Part shown: positions 56,301 through 64,000 of the stretch, one piece after another
Layout: every line of letters begins with the position of its first letter
Position numbering within the stretch: the stretch's first letter is position 1
Assembly (NCBI GenBank): GCA_964016885.1
Contig: OZ024761.1
Span: 17,360,001 to 17,424,000 of the forward strand
Length of the DNA stretch: 64,000 nt
DNA from: Eledone cirrhosa
Taxonomy: Eukaryota
Direction: 5' to 3'
Position numbers and translations under genes: made by a program
The notes under the pieces: generated by a model
Seen by the model: the letters and a program-made list of their open reading frames with translations, nothing else
What the model was told of the DNA's origin: nothing
Database searches by the model: none

Positions 56301-58562
56301 TAACTCTCCCCATCTCCCAGTTCGCCACTCTCTCTTTCTCTCTCTCTCCCCACTGTTAATTACCATCTCTCTCTCTCCGCTATTAACTCTACCTAATTAA
56401 CTCTCTCTCTCTCTCTCTCTTCAGTGTTAACTCTCCCCATCTCCCAGTTCGCCACTCTCTCTTTCTCTCTCTCTCCCCACTGTTAATTACCATCTCTCTC
56501 TCTCCGCTATTAACTCTACCTAATTAACTCTCTCTCTCTCTCTCTCTTCAGTGTTAACTCTCCCCATCTCCCAGTTCGCCACTCTCTCTTTCTCTCTCTC
56601 TCCCCACTGTTAATTACCATCTCTCTCTCTCCGCTATTAACTCTACCTAATTAACTCTCTCTCTCTCTCTCTCTTCAGTGTTAACTCTCCCCATCTCCCA
56701 GTTCGCCACTCTCTCTTTCTCTCTCTCTCCCCACTGTTAATTACCATCTCTCTCTCTCCGCTATTAACTCTACCTAATTAACTCTCTCTCTCTCTCTCTC
56801 TTCAGTGTTAACTCTCCCCATCTCCCAGTTCGCCACTCTCTCTTTCTCTCTCTCTCCCCACTGTTAATTACCATCTCTCTCTCTCCGCTATTAACTCTAC
56901 CTAATTAACTCTCTCTCTCTCTTCAGTGTTAACTCTCCCCATCTCCCAGTTCGCCACTCTCTCTTTCTCTCTCTCTCCCCACTGTTAATTACCATCTCTC
57001 TCTCTCCGCTATTAACTCTACCTAATTAACTCTCTCTCTCTCTCTCTCTTCAGTGTTAACTCTCCCCATCTCCCAGTTCGCCACTCTCTCTTTCTCTCTC
57101 TCTCCCCACTGTTAATTACCATCTCTCTCTCTCCGCTATTAACTCTACCTAATTAACTCTCTCTCTCTCTTCAGTGTTAACTCTCCCCATCTCCCAGTTC
57201 GCCACTCTCTCTTTCTCTCTCTCTCCCCACTGTTAATTACCATCTCTCTCTCTCCGCTATTAACTCTACCTAATTAACTCTCTCTCTCTCTCTCTCTTCA
57301 GTGTTAACTCTCCCCATCTCCCAGTTCGCCACTCTCTCTTTCTCTCTCTCTCCCCACTGTTAATTACCATCTCTCTCTCTCCGCTATTAACTCTACCTAA
57401 TTAACTCTCTCTCTCTCTCTCTCTTCAGTGTTAACTCTCCCCATCTCCCAGTTCGCCACTCTCTCTTTCTCTCTCTCTCCCCACTGTTAATTACCATCTC
57501 TCTCTCTCCGCTATTAACTCTACCTAATTAACTCTCTCTCTCTCTCTCTCTTCAGTGTTAACTCTCCCCATCTCCCAGTTCGCCACTCTCTCTTTCTCTC
57601 TCTCTCCCCACTGTTAATTACCATCTCTCTCTCTCCGCTATTAACTCTACCTAATTAACTCTCTCTCTCTCTCTCTCTTCAGTGTTAACTCTCCCCATCT
57701 CCCAGTTCGCCACTCTCTCTTTCTCTCTCTCTCCCCACTGTTAATTACCATCTCTCTCTCTCCGCTATTAACTCTACCTAATTAACTCTCTCTCTCTCTC
57801 TCTCTTCAGTGTTAACTCTCCCCATCTCCCAGTTCACCACTCTCTCTTTCTCTCTCTCTCCCCACTGTTAATTACCATCTCTCTCTCTCCGCTATTAACT
57901 CTACCTAATTAACTCTCTCTCTCTCTCTCTCTTCAGTGTTAACTCTCCCCATCTCCCAGTTCGCCACTCTCTCTTTCTCTCTCTCTCCCCACTGTTAATT
58001 ACCATCTCTCTCTCTCCGCTATTAACTCTACCTAATTAACTCTCTCTCTCTCTCTCTCTTCAGTGTTAACTCTCCCCATCTCCCAGTTCGCCACTCTCTC
58101 TTTCTCTCTCTCTCCCCACTGTTAATTACCATCTCTCTCTCTCCGCTATTAACTCTACCTAATTAACTCTCTCTCTCTCTCTCTCTTCAGTGTTAACTCT
58201 CCCCATCTCCCAGTTCGCCACTCTCTCTTTCTCTCTCTCTCCCCACTGTTAATTACCATCTCTCTCTCTCCGCTATTAACTCTACCTAATTAACTCTCTC
58301 TCTCTCTCTCTCTTCAGTGTTAACTCTCCCCATCTCCCAGTTCGCCACTCTCTCTTTCTCTCTCTCTCCCCACTGTTAATTACCATCTCTCTCTCTCCGC
58401 TATTAACTCTACCTAATTAACTCTCTCTCTCTCTTCAGTGTTAACTCTCCCCATCTCCCAGTTCGCCACTCTCTCTTTCTCTCTCTCTCCGCTATTAACT
58501 CTACCTAATTAACTCTCTCTCTCTCTTCAGTGTTAACTCTCCCCATCTCCCAGTTCGCCACT
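53340..58562 (+). repeat. Satellite of about 40 units of 121-127 bp; each unit contains the 3' splice site and first 32 nt of the downstream SARM1 exon
   Basis: Unit: (CT)nTCAGTGTTAACTCTCCCCATCTCCCAGTTCGCCACT(CT)..CCCCACTGTTAATTACCAT(CT)nCCGCTATTAACTCTACCTAATTAA; the last unit runs into ATAGAAGAAGATCC. Confidence 0.93.
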
Positions 58563-58654
58563 ATAGAAGAAGATCCTACTGACACAAGACGACTCCAGAA
58601 GAAGATTGATGTGTTTATCAGTTACAGAAGATCAAATGGTTCACAGCTGGCCAG
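58531..58654 (+). CDS. SARM1: SARM1 exon: SAM-TIR linker and TIR start (alternative in-frame acceptor would start it at 58567)
   Basis: cttcag|TG TTA...GCC AG|gtacgg; VLTLPISQFATIEEDPTDTRRLQKKIDVFISYRRSNGSQLAS with TIR box DVFISYRR; phase 1/2; 5' boundary ambiguous. Confidence 0.9.
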
Positions 58655-58889
58655 GTACGGCATCGATTGTGTGTTTACACACAATGTATGTGTATGTGTA
58701 CTCATACACATACATTGTGTTTACACACAATGTATGTGTATGTGTACTCATACACATTAAAATGCTCCCTTCCCCCATTGTCTGAGTAGTAAACATTAAA
58801 ATTCCCCACCACATGTAATTTTCTCACCTGTGCAGATCTCCCATTAAAATATATCAAGTGAGAGCCTTATCTATTAACCCAACTGCAAT

Positions 58890-59620
58890 GTTTTTTCCAT
58901 TAAAATGTCCTCACTATGTATGTTTCCCATTAAAATGCAGCCCCCTTTTGTTATACTTCCCATTAAAACAGAACCATCTTACTCTATTTTCTATTACGTG
59001 TTCCAGTCAAAAGGCTGGGATACTGCCATTATATTTCCCATTAAAACAGATCCTCTTACATTTCCCATTAAATCAGAGCCATCTTTATGTTTCCCATTAA
59101 AACAGAACCATCTTATGTTTCCCATTAAATCAGAGCCCTCTTATGTTTCCCATTAAAACTGAGGCCTCTTACGTTTCCCATTAAAATAGCATTTTTACAT
59201 TTCTGATTAAAACAGAGCCCTTTTACATTTCCCATTAAAACAGAGCAATCTTACATTTCCAATTAAAACAGCTTCTTTTATGTTTCTCATTAAAATACAA
59301 CCCTTTCATGTTTCCAGTTATATGCAGCACCCTTTTGTGTTTCCCATTAAAGTACAACCCCCTTTTGTATTTCACATTAAAATAGACCCCCTAATACTAA
59401 TAATTTCCCATTAAAACAGCTCTTTTTATGTTTCCTATTAAAATACAGCCCTCTTTTATGTTTCCAATTAAAATGCAACACCTTTTTATGTTCCAGTTAA
59501 AATACAACTCCCTTTTATGTTCCCCATTAAAATACTTTATGTTCCCCATTAAAACATAGCTCTCATATGTTCTCCATTAAAATCCGCTCCTGTTATGTTT
59601 CCCATTAAAATGCAGCCCCC
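58890..59620. repeat. Degenerate ~30-bp tandem array filling much of the intron between two TIR exons
   Basis: ATGTTTCCCATTAAAACAGAGCC variants, more than 20 copies. Confidence 0.8.
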
Positions 59621-59654
59621 CTTTTTTTATTTACATTTCTTCTTTTTATACCAG

Positions 59655-59844
59655 TTTACTCAAGGTCCATCTCCAGCTGCGAGGTTTTTCTGTATTTCTG
59701 GACATTGAGCGGCTCCGAGCAGGGAAATTTGACATTGGTTTATTAAAGAGTGTACAGAAAGCCAGGAACTTCATTCTTGTCCTCACACCTCAGGCCTTAG
59801 ATCGATGTATAGGGGACAGTGAAAGGAAAGACTGGGTACACAGG
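59655..59844 (+). CDS. SARM1: SARM1 exon: TIR domain including BB loop
   Basis: ataccag|T TTA...AGG|gtatgt; [63 protein letters not shown]; phase 2/0. Confidence 0.97.
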
Positions 59845-59899
59845 GTATGTTGACCTATTCAATTATTTAGTGTTGTTTCTCTTTTATTGAGAATACCCT

Positions 59900-60270
59900 T
59901 TCTTTGTACAGAAAGAGTGTGCAATGCCTTGTAGTTCTATTTTTTGTATGTTGTATATATTTGTCAGTCCTGGGATTATGTGTGTTTTATTATCATTCCC
60001 AGAGCACCTATTATTATTGGTATTGTTTCTGTCTTCAGCATCCACATTTAGTTTATTTCTATCTCTAGATCTTTATATTTGGATAGTTTCTTTATTTCCT
60101 TGGTAGATATATTGTCATCTGTAAGGATTGATACATCAATTAAAAGACATTTCTTTTCTTTGTAGTCTTTGTCTATAATATCTGGCTTTCATCTCCCTGT
60201 CTGTGTGTACCAGCATATCCCAGACACTGTTTTTGTCCTGTGCCGTCATAATGTTCTTCTTGATGTAAAA
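59900..60270 (-). mobile_element. Decayed R4/Dong-like non-LTR fragment (restriction-like endonuclease domain)
   Basis: Minus strand reads WDMLVHTDREMK / KPDIIDKDYKEKKCLLIDVSILTDDNISTKEIKKLSKYKDLEIEIN*MWMLKTETIPIIIGALG, the PD..D..K..KY RLE pattern, with one frameshift and one stop; next to a (TAA)n tract. Confidence 0.8.
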
Positions 60271-60314
60271 TCTTTGTGCTTTATAAACAAATCCTTATTA
60301 TTATTATTATTAAG

Positions 60315-60745
60315 GGTGGCTTAGAGTTACAGCCCTTTACGCTCTGAGTTCAAATCCTGCTGAAGTTAGCTTTGACTTTCATCCTATGGGGTCAATAAAA
60401 TAAAGTACCAGTAACACACTGGGATCAATTAAATCGACTTTCCTCTCACTCAAAATTACTGGCCTTGTGCCTAAATCAAACCATTATTATTCCCCCGTCC
60501 TTCAAATTGCTGGCCTTGTGCCTATATAAGAAACCATTATTATTATTGTGTGTGGATTGGCAGTATCGGTAGAGGGTCGGACACCATGCTTTGACTCATA
60601 GAGTTACGGTCCTTGCCATTCTGAGTTCAAATCCCGCCGAGGTTAACTTTGCCTTTCATTCTTACGGGGGTCGATGAAATAAAGTACCAGTAATACACTG
60701 GGTAATTGCTGGCCTTGTGCCAAAAGTAGAAATAATTATTATTAT
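60315..60745 (+). mobile_element. Two tandem S4 SINE copies ending about 15 nt before the catalytic TIR exon
   Basis: Two S4 bodies with (TTA)n tails; the second ends GTGCCAAAAGTAGAAATAATTATTATTAT, followed by GTGTTTATTTTCAG. Confidence 0.8.
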
Positions 60746-60759
60746 GTGTTTATTTTCAG

Positions 60760-60881
60760 GAAATTGTTGCAGCATTAGAACACAAATGTAACATAATTCC
60801 GTTGATGGACAATTTTGACTGGCCTCCTTGTGAGAAGCTACCGGAAGATATACGATCTGTGACATGTTTCAACGGAATCAG
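60760..60881 (+). CDS. SARM1: SARM1 exon: TIR domain; first codon is the catalytic Glu (human E642 equivalent)
   Basis: ttttcag|GAA...ATC AG|gtaaca; [41 protein letters not shown]; DWVHR|E aligns with human DWVHKE; phase 0/2. Confidence 0.97.
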
Positions 60882-60941
60882 GTAACAACAATATTGTTGA
60901 CTACTGATTTATAATTTTAGTAAATCCTTCAAAATTCTTCA

Positions 60942-61168
60942 TTAACCCTTTAACATTTAAACAGGCCATATCCAGCCAGAATTCTCTCACCTCTTTCTGT
61001 TCAAACCGGCTCTAACTGGCCGCTGTATACCTACATTAAGATATTGTTCTCAAAATAAATAACATCAAAATCTCGTAGATTTGATATGTTAGATAATTAT
61101 GTAAGGTAAAGACTTTACTGTGAAAATACAATACTTTATATAGAGTAATGTAAATGCTAAAGGGTTAA
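60942..61168. mobile_element. piggyBac-type MITE, same family, opposite orientation, in the last SARM1 intron
   Basis: TTAA-CCCTTTAACATTTA...TAAATGCTAAAGGG-TTAA. Confidence 0.85.
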
Positions 61169-61446
61169 CGCTTTTTATACCAACCTGGCCAAAACCAGCT
61201 CTGGCTCTATGAAACAAAACCACCCATTTTAAAGGGTTCCTATTTAAATTAAATATCTTCCAACATAATTTTATATAAGAACCATATGTTAAGTTACTAT
61301 CATAGTAATGAAATTATTAATAATTTTAGTAAATCTCTCAAAATTTTTCCTTAATTATTTGAAATCAACTATATTTCATTAGAGATATAGTCATAAAAGA
61401 GTTAAAACATTTTTTCTTTCTTTTTTATCCCTCCCGCTGCTTCTAG

Positions 61447-61636
61447 ATGGATCCATGACTACCAAGATGCCTGTGTTGACAAAATTGAACGATTCCTTCG
61501 AGGGGATGTGAATGCCAAGAGGGGCCAGTTGCAGTCCCTAAGTAACCAAGGCTCATTTGAAGACCAAGTAATGGCACAATTTAAGTGGAGCAGCAGCAGT
61601 AGTGAGGACTCCCCACCAAAGAACTCTCCTAGTTAA
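61447..61636 (+). CDS. SARM1: SARM1 last coding exon: TIR end, Ser-rich tail, TAA stop
   Basis: ttctag|A TGG...AGT TAA; [62 protein letters not shown]. Confidence 0.95.
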
Positions 61637-61679
61637 CTAACACCTTTTATTTCAACTGTTTCCTTGTAAATATATACAT

Positions 61680-61732
<53 letters not shown>

Positions 61733-61999
61733 CACATATATATACATATATATATATATGGGGTCGTCAAGTATGAAATTTGTAAATATTTGTAGACAGA
61801 AAAACAAATTTCTACAAATTTCATACTTGAGGACCCAATACATATATATATATACATACACTCACACACACATATATATGTATATATATATATATATGAA
61901 TATATATATATAAGAGTATAGTATTTACATTTTCGGTAAACAGTTTTGCATGTGTTAAATATGACAGCATTTCTGCCTCAGTCGGTGTGTGTATGTGTA

Positions 62000-62050
<51 letters not shown>

Positions 62051-62642
62051 CGAAGGAAATGTGGTAAGGAACCAGATGGACCATAACGCACCAAAGTACT
62101 CAATACTTAGGGTAGTAGAGTGGGTAATAGGAACAAGTATGACCCCGACGGCAAAGCTCAAGCCGTTTTGACGGCTAATTCAGAATTAGCCATTGAAACA
62201 GCTTGTGCTCAGCCGTCGGGGTCCTACTTGTTCCTATATATATACACACACACACACTGTATACACTTGAATATAATCCAAGGTGTATGGGACAAAAAAA
62301 TCGATGGAAAAATGGGAGGTTGGTTTATATACACCAGTTGATTAGCTGCTTTGGTTTATAAACAAGGTTTGGTTTTTCGCCTATTTCTCAGACATAGAAT
62401 AAGGAGGTTGGCTTATATTCAAGTATATTTGGTGTTATATATATATATAACTTTGAGTATGTGTATATATACATATTTATATATATATATATATGTAGAT
62501 AAATCTACCAAAATATACAGTAGTGTCCAATCCGTATGAATACACACACACACACATATATATATGTGTGTGTGTGTGTGTATATATATATCTATTAAAG
62601 GTAGAACTATACAAACAATTCTCAAAAAAAAGTAGAGAATTA

Positions 62643-62682
<40 letters not shown>

Positions 62683-63039
62683 ATAAAATGGTGTGTGCCC
62701 AACAATGTGCAAGTATTAAAATTTGCAAACCAGTCAAACCCATGACAGTGGTCGGGTGTGGTTAAAAGAAATTTACTCACTTTGAAAACTATATAGAATA
62801 ACTGCATTTGTTTCGTAGGCATTTTTTCTTCTTCATCTTTTTTTTTTTCTTTGTTGGATCCAAGGATATTATAAGTGGACCCAAGTAATTTAAAACAATG
62901 GCATTTACTATATAGCTCTCTAATTAATCCTTTAATTAATTTTAACTGTGTAATTAATTCTATTCCAAATTGTGGCTTACAACAACACTAGCTGCTTAGA
63001 TGTTGTTGGATCTTTGTTAGATCTGATGGCGACTGTTCC

Positions 63040-63435
63040 CCCTTCTTCAAATAATGGAATGGTCTGAAGAGTTTTACCCCTTGTTGTTTAAATAATGGAA
63101 TGGTTGAAAGAGACCCCCCCCCCTGTTTAAATAATGGAACAACCTGAAAAGTTTTCCCTGTTATTTAAATAATGGAACGGCCTGAAGGGTTTTTCCCCCT
63201 CGTTGTTTAAATAATGGAACAGCCTGTTCATAAAATTTAACAGTGTTCCCACTTGTTCAAATAATGGAACAGCCTGAAAAATTCCCCCTCCCCCATTGTT
63301 TAAATAATGGAACGGCCTAAAGAGATTTCCCTGTTCTTCAAATAATGGAACGGTCTAAAGAGTTTTCCCTCGTTATTTAAATAATGGCACGGCCTGAAGA
63401 ATTTTCCCTGTTTAAATAATGGAACAGCCTGCTCA
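63040..63435. repeat. ~40-bp minisatellite downstream of SARM1
   Basis: GTTTAAATAATGGAACGGCCTGAAG variants, about 10 copies. Confidence 0.8.
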
Positions 63436-64000
63436 TAAAATTTACGTGCAAGTGGCTGAGCATTCCACAGACATGTGTACTCTTTAACGTAATCCTCGGG
63501 GTCGGAGAGTTGATGGTTGTAGTGGGGGTTGGGGGGAGAGATTCAGCAAGAAACAGTGTTGGTGGGGACAAAGTTGCCTCCCACCACTTGCTCCATCTCA
63601 CCTGCCACCACCCCCTCTTTTGATTTACAGGTACAACAACTCAGCTGAGTGAACTGAAGCAATGTGAAATAAAAGTGTCTTCTTGCTCAACGCGCTGCCA
63701 GGGTATCGAACTCGCAGCCTTACAACTGTGAACCAAACACCCTAACCACTAAGCCATACCACCTTTACCCCGTTGTTTAGTTGTTGGGTCATCGAAGAAT
63801 CTGGAAGAAAAGTTTCTGATTTAATGTTTTTTTTAAACCCCCACTTTCCTCCAAAAACAAAACTCTCGGGTCCCAAATAATAGGGGGTAGGGTGGGGGTG
63901 GAATAAGCGGGGTGTCTGGACATTTGTTTAAATTCTTATAAGCAGAGGGGTTGGGAAATTGGTAATTGTATAGTGTACGTTTGTGAATATGGGATTTCTT

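Noticed and set aside
53340-58562. CRISPR-like regular array
   Set aside because: No unique spacers, eukaryotic context and no cas genes; it is a head-to-tail satellite. The same applies to 39230-40092 and 63040-63435.

Overview
Eukaryotic, AT-rich genomic DNA saturated with microsatellites. Its repeat content (CORE-type and Meta-like tRNA-SINEs, RTE LINEs, (TA)n/(CAT)n tracts) looks like a coleoid cephalopod, probably an octopod; this is inferred. The only host gene is the 3' part of a SARM1 orthologue on the + strand. Seven GT-AG exons with consistent phases (8461-8637, 48135-48259, 52704-52939, 58531-58654, 59655-59844, 60760-60881, 61447-61636) encode the ARM end, SAM1, SAM2 and an intact TIR NADase domain, and include a 39.5-kb intron. 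Nearly all ORFs in the supplied track are microsatellite artefacts. Two things stand out. (1) Several unrelated families of short fold-back insertions sit in (TA)n tracts. They carry hammerhead-ribozyme cores and share one ACTC..GAGTRCT stem-loop in their unpaired 3' extension, consistent with Penelope-like retroelement pLTR remnants; their inversion points often fall at ribozyme helices. (2) A ~5.2-kb satellite before the first TIR exon consists of about 40 copies of that exon's own 3' splice site plus its first 32 nt, each leading to a stop codon before the TIR domain. All structures were read by eye and coordinates of repeats are approximate.
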